Positions 1 through 10,677 of a stretch of 23,913 bases of DNA are shown here, one piece after another; positions within the stretch are counted from its first letter, which is position 1, and every line of letters starts with the position of its first letter. Origin of the DNA: an archaeon (GTDB lineage Archaea; Asgardarchaeota; Heimdallarchaeia; Hodarchaeales; S146-22); the NCBI GenBank assembly GCA_024276395.1, contig JAJRXH010000202.1:1-23913 (forward strand), given 5' to 3'. The notes below the pieces were generated by a model, which was not told the origin of the DNA, did no database searches, and saw nothing but the letters and a program-made list of their open reading frames with translations. The translations under genes were made by a program, and so were the position numbers.

Positions 1-3000
1 AGCAATACACGCATTCACAGATACACTTGACTTATAACTATACATTTCAAGTAATCACTCCAGCTGGACAGATACTCACCAAAACAATGCTTGTCTTCGT
101 CATTCCACACCAATGGAATCTCTATCTGACTTTAACTACACCACTAGTCGACAGAAATCCAGCTCTGAACATGACCACCATCTATAGAAATACCACCATC
201 CTTAGCTGGAACATAACGTTGATGTTAGATGGAAGCCCATTCTCTGGCAACGTGACTGTAGAACTAGACGGCACGATAATTGCAAGACTGGTCACAGACC
301 AAAACGGCAATGCTTCATTCTCTCACTGGTTTTCAGCCACGGATTCCATAAAAACTTACAATCTTACCATCTATCAAACAGAACGACCGTACGTGAAACA
401 CGTGGAATACATCAAAGTTCTCCAAGATTATAGTTTCAGCATTACTAATGGAAATATCCAAATTAATTCTTCTGTAATCGTGGTCAACGGCACCATTGCC
501 TTGCAAGTACAAATGCTCAGATATGACCCGAATGCTAGTAGTTTCACGAAATCGATAAATGCAACGTATTGGTACTACTACCAAAATGCCACTTTCACGA
601 GCACCAATATCACCATCATTACTAACGCCAATCTCACCTCACCTCTTACTTACTACCTAAACATCAGCACCCCAACCTTTAGCAATGGTACCTATACCTT
701 TTACGTGTTCGCTAACAGCTCAACTGGAATACTTATCGAGGATAATTTCACGGTCACTGTCTTTGCTGAAAACTATACACTTGAACCCAGACCCAGCATC
801 TTATCACCAATCACCATTGATTATGGGGATATTTTTACCCAAACCTTTACCTTAAAATACGAAAACGGCTCGGTTGTCCCTAACAAGATTGTTTTCTTTT
901 TCATCACGAATAAACTCAATTATAACGACATTTTCACGGCAACTACAGACTCACAAGGAAAGTTAACAGTCACGATTCCTACATCCACGCTACCTCAGGG
1001 AGGAAAATATTTCTTTCATCCATTCATCCAAAGATCCTTAAGTCAAGGAACATTTCGAACTTGGAACGGAACGGCACTCGTGTATGAATTACGGATTAGA
1101 CAGATTGTCTTACAGGCATCATTAAGCGATCTCATTACCAATAAAACCTTACCAATGACTCCTTCCCTTCCAGACATCCCACGAAACGTCACGGTTTTCC
1201 AAGTGAATTACCAAGTATCCATTACTAATTTATCATTGAACGAAGCATTTGAGACCCCCATTTTATGGATAAACGATACCACTGACACGAGATTGTCCAT
1301 TGCCATTAATTTAACCAAATCTGGATTGATCAACTCCACGATATTTAACACGTATTTAGATTCGCCATTAGGCAACCATCAACTAACTTTAGGTATCCAA
1401 GGTAGTAACGTAACTACCACCTTGCAATTTAACTTGGTAACTAAATTTAAAATCAAGTCAGCTGCTCTCAATGGAACGGCCAGTGGTTCTTTGACCATCA
1501 TTCAGGGTCAAATTCTCAATGCAACAGTTCGCGTGGTCGCCTTCAATGTAACTGCCGCAAACCAAACATATCTTGCCTCTGGCTCCACGCTAACGTTTAA
1601 TGATCTAATCAATAACAACACGCACTATACCATCACGGTTGAAGCAAATGGCACGGCCAAATTCACCATTGGATCAAATACGTTGAATGTAAGCATATTA
1701 AAAGGATATGGATCAAATAATTGGCTCATTCATCCAAGCTCATTCCCTCATGGAGTTTATAACGTTCTTCGGATGACATTCTCGTTAAAAAACCAGAATG
1801 ATTCCGTCACATCCTTTTTACTCTCATTAACCATTATCATCAAGGAACCCGTGGCGTTAAACATCACGAGCATCCCAAAAATCGTAAAATGGGGAGAATA
1901 TTGGTCCGTTAGTGGTCAAATCCACAATCTCATCACGAATCAGTCCGTTTATGATTCATCTTTCTGGCTCACTCTCCAAAGTTCGGATGGAAAGATCCAA
2001 AGTAGTGGTGTTCCTCAACTAGATGGCTCATTCAACCTAAGCGTGATAATTGACGACAACACGTCCGCCACGCGTAATTTCACCCTCATCCTAAACGTGA
2101 ATCCGACGATCTTTTCTAATCAGACTGCAATGTATCAATTTTCGGTAAATATCACCTTTGGTGCGTTACTACTTCCAGTACCTCAAACCCTCTCCGTGGT
2201 AACTGTAAAAGACACTGACTCGCAAAACATAACTTGGCAGTTACGATATACCCACAACAATTCAGTAATTTCTAACCAACTCATCACGTTACAAATCGTA
2301 CAGTTAAACAAAAATTATACCGCTCACACGGATCAAAATGGAACCGTAACCTTTACCATTCAATGGAATGTTTCTCTTGCTTATCGACAATACACGTTAA
2401 ATGCGATTTATTCTGGAAATGATAGCATTGGAATTCCTACTAGCACCAATAAATCAATAACAACCAGAGTTCAAGGACCCATCTACATCCATGGCGATTA
2501 CGTTGCTGCTTGGAACGGTAATAACTCTGCATATGTCTTGCGAGGACAAAATCTGATGCTGTGGGGTCGAATTCTTTTTGCTAATGGGACCGTCGCTCCA
2601 TTAGGAACCATTGATGTAAACATCAATGTCATATCTAATGCAACAAGTGGTAATGATCTTATTGGAATAGTCAATGGAGCGTTTAATCTTTCAATTCGAC
2701 AGTGGCATTGGACTAACTACTCTTTCCTTGGTAATCTTGTCTTGAATGTTTCCCTACAAAAACTTACAGAGAACACGTTTCCATTCTACATTGCCAACGA
2801 TACGAGACTAAGCATCCTATGCGTGACAAGCATTTCCATTACGAGCGAAATCAATGGAATTACCACCGTTCAAGAAGGAAATATCAATAAAATAGCTAAT
2901 GGAAGTCAAATTAACTTTAGAATCACGATAAGCGAGAACAATCCACGATTAGCGTTACCAATTAACAAGGCAAGCTTGCTTACTGTCAATGCAACGTGGA

Positions 3001-6000
3001 ATGCTAGTACCTTGACCATTTCACGGATCAATTCCACTTGGAACACCCAAAATATGACGGTTTCCAATCAAACAAACATTTATTACGTGCTCCAAGTTAC
3101 CGTGACGTCAACCCTCATGCAAACATGTTACTTAAATGCCACGGTCACATACACGTTCATCACCAAGAATGCACTACAATTGATTCTCCTTAATGTTCCA
3201 GATAAAATTCAACCGGGTAATGCATTATCTTTTCAAGGAGAAATCCGTTATGGGGGTGCTAATGGTGAAATCTATGACCAAAATGCTGCTGTTCGAATTC
3301 AAATCAACGATTCAAGTAATAACATCATTTTTGAAAACACTTACATCATAAGCGGTGCCAATGGACTTTCCGTGTCGGTTTCTATCAGTGCAACTCTAAA
3401 ACCTGGAACCGTTCTAACAATCAAGGGAGAAATTGACCCTAAATCATTACCGTCAAGGTCAAACCTTGCCATCCAACCCACTCCCTTAGAATACGTGACA
3501 GTTGTTCAAAATCCCAATAGCATCACGATGAACATTCTAACAGCTGCCGTAACGACAAACGGTGGCATCAAGTATTATTATGAAAATACAACTCTAAATC
3601 TTAGCTTTTCTGTGACCTTCCCCTATTACACCATCAGCAATTTCAATGAAACCGACTGGGACTTCACTCTCAGCGTGACGGACGTGATGACAAGCATCAA
3701 CTTATATTCATCGACTCCATTTCACAATCTGAGTTTTCTTTACACGCCACCACCAGATAATGGCTACCTGAACATCACGTTAACAGTAAATTTTGCATAT
3801 GGTGCCACATCAACATCCTTCCAAGTCTTCATACTAGTAAAAATCATCACTAGTGCTACATTCGATCTTGTTAGCGTCTTTGATGCAACAGGCATCACGA
3901 AATTAGCAAAACAAGAAAATGCAGTAATCACGCGGAGAGATGCTGGAAATACCATTACCGTAACGCTAAGAACAAGTGATGATTTACTAAATGAATCACT
4001 ATCCACAGTTCCACTCAATTCAACGCCAATGCTTAGCCCAATCACCAACGAACTTACCTTAGGAAGTCTACCAGTTACTACTAACGCGGATGGCACGTTC
4101 TCGTTCAGCATCACGATAAATGCTAATACACCCTTGAACAATTATACCATCACCGTGGCTCTAAGTCATCAAAATTTCACGTTTACCTTTATCTTGGTCA
4201 TTAGGGCCGATATAGAGCTAAATGTCTCCCTCGGGAACAATCATGGTGAATTTTATCTAGATAGAAACAAATTGTACGTGAATATCAGTATCTTAGAACA
4301 ATCATTAGCCGTTGGAAACGTAACCGCTTACCTCGAACAGGGTTCGTGGAACTTGCAGTTAAAATTCTATCTAAATGGTCAAGAGATCATCAAAGACCGA
4401 ACATTAAGATCTAATGGTGATCTCTTTCCAGAATTATACGTGTATGACCTTTCCGTCCTTTCTCCTTCCCAAACAAGCGGCACGCTATCGGTGGAAGTGA
4501 ACCTTCTATGGGATCGTAGTCTGAATCGAAGCCTCAGCATGACACGAGAAATCATCGTCATCAAGGATGTCAACGCAACCTTATTATCCATGTCGCCAAT
4601 CACTAATGCAAAACTGTTAAATGACAATACCATTGCCATTAAACGCGCTGATAATCAGTATCTAATCTTAAATTTCCTAGCTAGCATCGCTGGAGCAACT
4701 CCAACAACTGGATTAAATAACATCAACATCACGATCAAATACCAAAATGTGCCAAAAGTTATTGATTTTAACACTTATCATCGAAATACTGACGTTGATG
4801 GAAAATTTAGCATCTCCATCCTCATGGATCGTACCGTTTCGCTTGGTAACCGATCATTAATCATTTATTGGCAATTAAATGCGACGCAAGCCCTTTTACT
4901 CTTCAACTATACCATCATGGTACAAAGTGATGTCTTCTACCAGTTTACTATCTTGCAAACAACTTTCTTGGAGACACAAATGGATGGCGAAGATTTACCA
5001 TCCACTGAGCTTGCACTCGTTATCCCCTATTCTGGAACGGATTCTTTGAACCTGTCGGAAACCCCATACATCAGATTTTTCTTGAGCACTACAGATGACA
5101 ATGGTTCAATCCTTACCACGAATCAAGGATATGGACGCTATCAGTTCACCATAACCTGGGAATTCACGAATGGAACAGCACCAATTTCCTATGAGATTGG
5201 CACTCTAATCACGGTTACCAACAATGGAGAATACATTCTAAAAATCAACGATCCTTTCCCAAGATCATCCGCAATCATTAAAATTAACGTTACTTTCATC
5301 CCAAGCAACGATTATCTGGGAATTTTATTGCCAAAAACCATTGAAATTACACGAATAACTTATTATGGCCAGTTAAAACTCACTTATCTAGGACGAACCG
5401 CTGCACCATTCGATCCCGCTGATTCTCCGATAAACGATTCAAACATGCAAATTGAGGCATTAGAACCTGTAATTTTCTGGTTCCAAGTGAGTGACCTAGG
5501 ATTTGGTAACCAGTCTCTTCCAGCCGATGTCATCTCTCCAGATTTTTTCCTTAACATCACTATTATAGACGGACAAACTGGACAAATCACGTATCAACGC
5601 CGAATAAAAGATTCATATCTAGATAACTCCATTAATGGGAAATTTTACTTAGATTACAGTGAAAGTGCCAGTGGAACCAGATTTCTGCTAGCGAACGTCA
5701 TTTATAATTTCACTGACAGAGGAAGCATTCATTCAATTTCCTCTACTTTCTTGAACATTAGTTTTACTCTCAAGCCAGCAAGCATTAACATTCTCAACGT
5801 GTTCACGGATGTGCAAACACAACAAGAAATTACCGTGGTCATCATGGGTAATACAGTGAACATCACTGCTTATGTATCACCATTAGATAAGTTCGCACAA
5901 CCCATTTCCTTCCCCATCGTATCTTCACCAGGTTCAGTTATTTTTCAATTTAACAGCACGGTTATTATTAGTAATTCACACGTTACCAGTGCCGCTGCTA

Positions 6001-8069
6001 CATCGATCAAGAAAATCTCCGCCGCCACGTATGCTTTCTCCCTTGTCGTTACCATTGAGAATCAAAGCGCACCTTACACACTAACCATAACCTCGGTCTT
6101 CAAGGTTTCAAAGGAGTTAGCATCCTATGGATTCAAGAACAAGACCAGCGATGCTACTTATTTATCAGTGTACAAGGAGCCAGAAATCAGTATTGGTAGT
6201 TCGTTCATCCTTCAGAAGCTTTCATTCATCTCAACTCAGACTTCAACACGTGGAAATTCTAACACGGTACGAGATACGAAAGATGATAACCTACAATTAC
6301 AAGCATCAGAGACCGTATTAACATCGAAATATGGAGAAGATTACACACTTTCTGGCTTGATTGCTGACAATGGTAATCCATTATCAGGATTTAGAATTGA
6401 AATTACCATTACGAATGCATCTGGACACATCATTCTGAAGAAAGTTACCTATTCAGACAACAACGGCATCTTTCAAGTCGATTTTCTGGTCACCAGAGAT
6501 GCATTCACGACTGAAGGTAATTATACCTTGACAATTAGATTAACTGATTTTGTTAGACCTCCAACGCTTACCGGAATCTTCCAAGTTTTCATTCCTACTT
6601 ACATTGATGTGTATTATACACCTGAATTCGTGACCAATGGTGATGTAGTGACAATTGTAGGGTATCTTAAAGATGACCTAGGAAATAACATCACCTCCTT
6701 GATTCAGCCTGGCGGCATGAGTCTTACAGGCGAGGGTACCATTGACATCAATAACGGACGTTTCATTTACCATTATCATATGCCCACGGAAAGTGCTGAC
6801 AACCAAGTGTTATCTTTCATCTTCAATGGTAACTTGGCTCTTTTCTTGGAGAAAAGCTCACTTGATCTCCCACTTAAAAAACTAACAAATCCAAAAATCG
6901 ATACCGTTTATGGTCCAATATCAATGGTTATCGGACAATCTTCTCAAATAAACGTGCAGATCTCTACTTACGTGCTCGACACCACGACAACTGCATTAAC
7001 TCAGAAAATTTTCTTGAGAAATAGGCCCGTGCAATTACTTCTTGAGAACTATACGCTCTGGCAAGGTCTCCTCAACGGAAGTGAATTCAGCTTGACCATC
7101 ATAATTACCTATCAAGGTGAACATGACTACCTCATAAAAGTCAATGGAGGTAATGTCACCAAATACACGTTGATACCGATAAACGGATCTAAATCTGAAT
7201 TTCAACCAATTGAATTCGTTTTGCGACTGTTAACAACGGAAGGTAATCCCATAAGCAAATTTACCAGAACCATTTCCATTGCACCCATCACTCTGTCAAT
7301 TGACGTCATTCCTTTACCAGCTAATCAACACGACACCTTCCCAACAATTGGTGCCGTGACTTTCACCTCTTTCATTCTGATGGTCCTATCATTCGTCAGT
7401 GCATTGACTTTAACAGTAGAGCCTTGGATTCGTCAACAATTAAAGCTTAGAAGACAGAAGAAACCCGTTTCAGAGCTCAAGAAAGAACTATCTGACCTCT
7501 TAGATAACCTAGTAGTTAGCGATTCAGAGACGGAAGATGAAGAAGGCGCTGATATCACCTCCTTACTTGAATGGGCAATCGAGGAAGAGCAGAAAGAAGC
7601 AACAATGGAAGGAATGGAATCATTAGAAGATTTCTCCTTCGAACTACCACCTATCTTCCAAGAATTACTAGATCTTCTGAAACTCAAGCAATATAAGGAA
7701 TTAGTTGCAAAAATATTAGATGAATCTTTACAATTGATGAGAGAACGTTATAACATCTATCGTCTCTCTGAAACAGAAACCATTCGAGAATGGGAGAAAC
7801 GAGCACTTAACACCCCCATTGGGCAGCAAAAGAGAACTCATGTTGCCCTCTTGTATGATGTTCTTTCCATTGGCAACTATTGGCCGCACCATAAGTGGAA
7901 TCGAACTGATGCAATCGATATTTTCCGAGCCTTTGTTACACTCTACCCAGACCTAGTAGATATACACTCTCTTCCAGAAGAACAAAGACATGGAATTTCC
8001 ATAATTGCCCGCGTAATCTTGAAAATGGGAAAAATTTCACAAAAAGATGAATTTGAGGAATATCTATGA
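1..8069 (+). CDS. Giant Ig-like-repeat surface/adhesin-like protein, 5' partial, with a C-terminal TM and a cytosolic helical (DUF4129-like) domain
   Basis: The track ORF 27..8069 starts at a TTG, but the frame is open from base 3 with no stop, so the gene continues upstream of the window. The protein is very rich in N-x-S/T sequons and has recurring Ig/MG2-like signatures (e.g. TDQNGNASFSHWF, TDSQGKLTVTIP, TNADGTFSFSITI, SDNNGIFQVDFLV). There is one hydrophobic segment (IGAVTFTSFILMVLSFVSALTLTV) followed by RQQLKLRRQKK and an acidic/helical cytosolic tail. Confidence 0.85.
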   Translation, partial: QYTHSQIHLTYNYTFQVITPAGQILTKTMLVFVIPHQWNLYLTLTTPLVDRNPALNMTTIYRNTTILSWNITLMLDGSPFSGNVTVELDGTIIARLVTDQNGNASFSHWFSATDSIKTYNLTIYQTERPYVKHVEYIKVLQDYSFSITNGNIQINSSVIVVNGTIALQVQMLRYDPNASSFTKSINATYWYYYQNATFTSTNITIITNANLTSPLTYYLNISTPTFSNGTYTFYVFANSSTGILIEDNFTVTVFAENYTLEPRPSILSPITIDYGDIFTQTFTLKYENGSVVPNKIVFFFITNKLNYNDIFTATTDSQGKLTVTIPTSTLPQGGKYFFHPFIQRSLSQGTFRTWNGTALVYELRIRQIVLQASLSDLITNKTLPMTPSLPDIPRNVTVFQVNYQVSITNLSLNEAFETPILWINDTTDTRLSIAINLTKSGLINSTIFNTYLDSPLGNHQLTLGIQGSNVTTTLQFNLVTKFKIKSAALNGTASGSLTIIQGQILNATVRVVAFNVTAANQTYLASGSTLTFNDLINNNTHYTITVEANGTAKFTIGSNTLNVSILKGYGSNNWLIHPSSFPHGVYNVLRMTFSLKNQNDSVTSFLLSLTIIIKEPVALNITSIPKIVKWGEYWSVSGQIHNLITNQSVYDSSFWLTLQSSDGKIQSSGVPQLDGSFNLSVIIDDNTSATRNFTLILNVNPTIFSNQTAMYQFSVNITFGALLLPVPQTLSVVTVKDTDSQNITWQLRYTHNNSVISNQLITLQIVQLNKNYTAHTDQNGTVTFTIQWNVSLAYRQYTLNAIYSGNDSIGIPTSTNKSITTRVQGPIYIHGDYVAAWNGNNSAYVLRGQNLMLWGRILFANGTVAPLGTIDVNINVISNATSGNDLIGIVNGAFNLSIRQWHWTNYSFLGNLVLNVSLQKLTENTFPFYIANDTRLSILCVTSISITSEINGITTVQEGNINKIANGSQINFRITISENNPRLALPINKASLLTVNATWNASTLTISRINSTWNTQNMTVSNQTNIYYVLQVTVTSTLMQTCYLNATVTYTFITKNALQLILLNVPDKIQPGNALSFQGEIRYGGANGEIYDQNAAVRIQINDSSNNIIFENTYIISGANGLSVSVSISATLKPGTVLTIKGEIDPKSLPSRSNLAIQPTPLEYVTVVQNPNSITMNILTAAVTTNGGIKYYYENTTLNLSFSVTFPYYTISNFNETDWDFTLSVTDVMTSINLYSSTPFHNLSFLYTPPPDNGYLNITLTVNFAYGATSTSFQVFILVKIITSATFDLVSVFDATGITKLAKQENAVITRRDAGNTITVTLRTSDDLLNESLSTVPLNSTPMLSPITNELTLGSLPVTTNADGTFSFSITINANTPLNNYTITVALSHQNFTFTFILVIRADIELNVSLGNNHGEFYLDRNKLYVNISILEQSLAVGNVTAYLEQGSWNLQLKFYLNGQEIIKDRTLRSNGDLFPELYVYDLSVLSPSQTSGTLSVEVNLLWDRSLNRSLSMTREIIVIKDVNATLLSMSPITNAKLLNDNTIAIKRADNQYLILNFLASIAGATPTTGLNNINITIKYQNVPKVIDFNTYHRNTDVDGKFSISILMDRTVSLGNRSLIIYWQLNATQALLLFNYTIMVQSDVFYQFTILQTTFLETQMDGEDLPSTELALVIPYSGTDSLNLSETPYIRFFLSTTDDNGSILTTNQGYGRYQFTITWEFTNGTAPISYEIGTLITVTNNGEYILKINDPFPRSSAIIKINVTFIPSNDYLGILLPKTIEITRITYYGQLKLTYLGRTAAPFDPADSPINDSNMQIEALEPVIFWFQVSDLGFGNQSLPADVISPDFFLNITIIDGQTGQITYQRRIKDSYLDNSINGKFYLDYSESASGTRFLLANVIYNFTDRGSIHSISSTFLNISFTLKPASINILNVFTDVQTQQEITVVIMGNTVNITAYVSPLDKFAQPISFPIVSSPGSVIFQFNSTVIISNSHVTSAAATSIKKISAATYAFSLVVTIENQSAPYTLTITSVFKVSKELASYGFKNKTSDATYLSVYKEPEISIGSSFILQKLSFISTQTSTRGNSNTVRDTKDDNLQLQASETVLTSKYGEDYTLSGLIADNGNPLSGFRIEITITNASGHIILKKVTYSDNNGIFQVDFLVTRDAFTTEGNYTLTIRLTDFVRPPTLTGIFQVFIPTYIDVYYTPEFVTNGDVVTIVGYLKDDLGNNITSLIQPGGMSLTGEGTIDINNGRFIYHYHMPTESADNQVLSFIFNGNLALFLEKSSLDLPLKKLTNPKIDTVYGPISMVIGQSSQINVQISTYVLDTTTTALTQKIFLRNRPVQLLLENYTLWQGLLNGSEFSLTIIITYQGEHDYLIKVNGGNVTKYTLIPINGSKSEFQPIEFVLRLLTTEGNPISKFTRTISIAPITLSIDVIPLPANQHDTFPTIGAVTFTSFILMVLSFVSALTLTVEPWIRQQLKLRRQKKPVSELKKELSDLLDNLVVSDSETEDEEGADITSLLEWAIEEEQKEATMEGMESLEDFSFELPPIFQELLDLLKLKQYKELVAKILDESLQLMRERYNIYRLSETETIREWEKRALNTPIGQQKRTHVALLYDVLSIGNYWPHHKWNRTDAIDIFRAFVTLYPDLVDIHSLPEEQRHGISIIARVILKMGKISQKDEFEEYL

Positions 8070-9550
8070 GCGTGACACAAGAAAACTTGATCAAAACTGG
8101 CAAGATTGTCCAACATAAATTTCAACAAGTTATCAAAGGGGTTAGTCACTGGTTTGGAGCAAAAAGACTAACTTTAAAGTTCGCAATATTCATTTTACCT
8201 CTCATTTTAGTATTTGCCATCATAATCACGCCTTTTCCCAGTGGATCCACCTTGAATAACGGATGGGATGGCATCAGTCAAGTAGCAAAACACGTAAAAC
8301 AAAATGGTTATGAAATTGCACGGATTTACAATACTCCGATGGAACTGTCAACGTATAAAACTCCTGGAATCCTTATCATTCAACATATTGCGCGTTCATA
8401 TACCACTGACGAAATTCAACATCTCTTTCAATTAGTTCAAAATGGATGGAGCTTATTCATTGCAGAGGAAATCAATAGCGAAATCACTCGGGCCTTTAAC
8501 ATTGGTATTGAAGCATTCATGATTCGAGAAGAAAGTGCATTCGTCGATGACCCGATACAACCGTTACTAATACCTACGACTCAGATGAATCTCTCACAAT
8601 CAGTAAAAATCTTCTTATCTGGAGTTCGTCCCCTAATCTTATCAGATTTTCCGTGGCACTACGAACCAATCATCGCATCTACCGATCAGAGTTGGATTGA
8701 CATTGACCAAAATGGCGAATATGACCCAGAAATAGATGAAAGCGGTCCGTTCAACATTGGAATCCGTTTCAGCATTGGGCAAGGAAGAATCGTGTTTCTA
8801 AGTGACTTTACATGGCTTCAGAATCAAGTATTCTTTCAATTCGATAATGCACTGTTTTTTGATAAACTCATTTCTTGGCTGGGTGAGGCGATAACCAACA
8901 CGCTTGGAACCAAGCCAATCATCTATTTTGACGAATCGCACTTGAGTTGGACTACTCTCAAGCCTCAAACCATTCTCCATGCAATCTCACAGGCACAGTC
9001 ACTCATCCTTCAGAACCCACTCATGATAATAATCTACTTTGTTTTGATTGCACCTCTCATTTTCTATCAGTTCTCAACACTCGTTGATCGTTACATCGAA
9101 TTAAAAGCAAAGTTGCTGAAGGAGGTCAAAGGTGAGTCAACTTTCCATCAAAAAAGAGAAGAACTCAGAATGGCCATTCAGAATCCAGTAACCTTATTCG
9201 AGATAGTTTATTACAAAATTCTACTCAAATGGCTCAGTATGGACCCCTACTTCAATTTTAATTGGCTCCTTAGTGATCCAGCTCTAGAACGAGTGGAAAC
9301 ATTGATGTTTCTCGATCAATATCTAACACGGCTGTATGAGACAAGCAAGGAGGAATTCGAGAAGAATCCTGAGATTACTATTAGAAATCTTCAAGAATTG
9401 AAGAAGAAGACGCATAACCTTTTCAAATTTGCTTATAGACACGAAACAATAGGAAAAAATGCCGCTTCGATATCTGAATATGAAAACTCAAGTAAGTTCT
9501 GTTATCAACTTGCAATATTAGTTAGCAAGGAAAAGACAAACCTTTTATAA
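8066..9550 (+). CDS. DUF4350-like membrane protein (GATase1-like fold with flanking TMs)
   Basis: 4-bp ATGA overlap with the upstream ORF. N-terminal TM (FAIFILPLILVFAIIITPF), DUF4350-type features (TPGILIIQHIARSYTTDEIQHLFQLVQNGWSLFIA; GQGRIVFLSDFTW; DESHLSW), then a second TM (PLMIIIYFVLIAPLIFYQF). Sits directly upstream of moxR and DUF58. Confidence 0.65.
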   Translation: MSVTQENLIKTGKIVQHKFQQVIKGVSHWFGAKRLTLKFAIFILPLILVFAIIITPFPSGSTLNNGWDGISQVAKHVKQNGYEIARIYNTPMELSTYKTPGILIIQHIARSYTTDEIQHLFQLVQNGWSLFIAEEINSEITRAFNIGIEAFMIREESAFVDDPIQPLLIPTTQMNLSQSVKIFLSGVRPLILSDFPWHYEPIIASTDQSWIDIDQNGEYDPEIDESGPFNIGIRFSIGQGRIVFLSDFTWLQNQVFFQFDNALFFDKLISWLGEAITNTLGTKPIIYFDESHLSWTTLKPQTILHAISQAQSLILQNPLMIIIYFVLIAPLIFYQFSTLVDRYIELKAKLLKEVKGESTFHQKREELRMAIQNPVTLFEIVYYKILLKWLSMDPYFNFNWLLSDPALERVETLMFLDQYLTRLYETSKEEFEKNPEITIRNLQELKKKTHNLFKFAYRHETIGKNAASISEYENSSKFCYQLAILVSKEKTNLL

Positions 9551-9619
9551 AAGGGATGTGGCTTTGCATCCGAAGTATGATCATGACGTGAAAAACAAAT
9601 TGAAAGAAGGTGTAAAAGA

Positions 9620-10633
9620 ATGAAAGAAGACGATCATTCCGTCGAAAATTTTGCACGATATGTCCAGGGGTTTTCTACCGAGATTTTAGGAGAAGTATCC
9701 AAAATCATTGTAGGAAAAAATGACATTCTTGAATTACTATTGGTCGCACTACTGGCTAACGGACACGTGCTTCTCGAAGGAGTACCTGGCGTAGCAAAAA
9801 CATTCATGGCACGGACGTTTGCTGGAGTCATGGGATTAGATTTCAAGCGAGTTCAGTTTACCCCAGATCTTCTTCCTAGCGACATCGTCGGTTCCATGAT
9901 TTATAATCAGAAAGAAGGAAAGTTTCAATTCAATCCCGGACCCATTTTTACAAACATCCTACTTGCTGATGAAATCAACAGAGCCCCTCCAAAGACGCAA
10001 TCTGCCCTCTTAGAAGCCATGGCTGAAAGAAGTGTTTCCGTAGAAGGTATCACGCACAAGCTTGACCGCCCGTTCACTGTATTTGCCACACAAAACCCTG
10101 TTGAACAGGAAGGAACTTACATCCTCCCAGAAGCACAATTAGATCGGTTCTTATTCAAGTTAAATGTCACGTACCCAGAAAAGACCGAAGATATTGAAAT
10201 TCTCAATCGCAAGCTAGGATTAAAGGACATTGATGAAATTAAAGTCGATGTCAAAGCTAATAAGGAACAAATCCGCGAAATACAAGATAACATCATCAAC
10301 ATTTATGTGGATCAAAGCATTCTTGAATACATTGCAGAACTTGTCAACAAGGCACGAAAGCATCCATACGTACAATTCGGTGCCTCACCACGCGCTTCCA
10401 TTGCGTTGATGATAGCAAGCCGTCCCCTCGCAGCAATGAAGGGAAGAGCTTACGTGGAACCCGATGACATCAAGGCTCTCTACAAGCCGATTCTCAATCA
10501 TCGTCTCGCCTTAACTCCAGAAGCTGAACTGGCCGGTTATACCTCAGAACAAATTCTAGATGAAATCATCAAAACTACGGAAGTACCCTATTTCGATCCA
10601 AATGAATTACCGGCATTACAACAAGCAGCCTGA
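9620..10633 (+). CDS. MoxR-family AAA+ ATPase
   Basis: Walker A GVPGVAKT, Walker B/MoxR signature ILLADEINRAPPKTQSALLEAMAE, sensor region FATQNPVEQEGTYILPEAQLDRFLFKL. SD-like AAGGTG just upstream. Confidence 0.95.
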   Translation: MKEDDHSVENFARYVQGFSTEILGEVSKIIVGKNDILELLLVALLANGHVLLEGVPGVAKTFMARTFAGVMGLDFKRVQFTPDLLPSDIVGSMIYNQKEGKFQFNPGPIFTNILLADEINRAPPKTQSALLEAMAERSVSVEGITHKLDRPFTVFATQNPVEQEGTYILPEAQLDRFLFKLNVTYPEKTEDIEILNRKLGLKDIDEIKVDVKANKEQIREIQDNIINIYVDQSILEYIAELVNKARKHPYVQFGASPRASIALMIASRPLAAMKGRAYVEPDDIKALYKPILNHRLALTPEAELAGYTSEQILDEIIKTTEVPYFDPNELPALQQAA

Positions 10634-10677
10634 ACAAAAACCAATGAGAATACCTGAAAGAGTGATTTCTAACCGAA

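Noticed and set aside
333-6321. Short ORFs inside the giant gene (333..584 -, 3764..4141 -, 4379..4639 -, 5384..5590 -, 6127..6321 +)
   Set aside because: All overlap a long, repeat-structured coding frame, lack SDs or recognisable domains, and look like antisense or out-of-frame artefacts.
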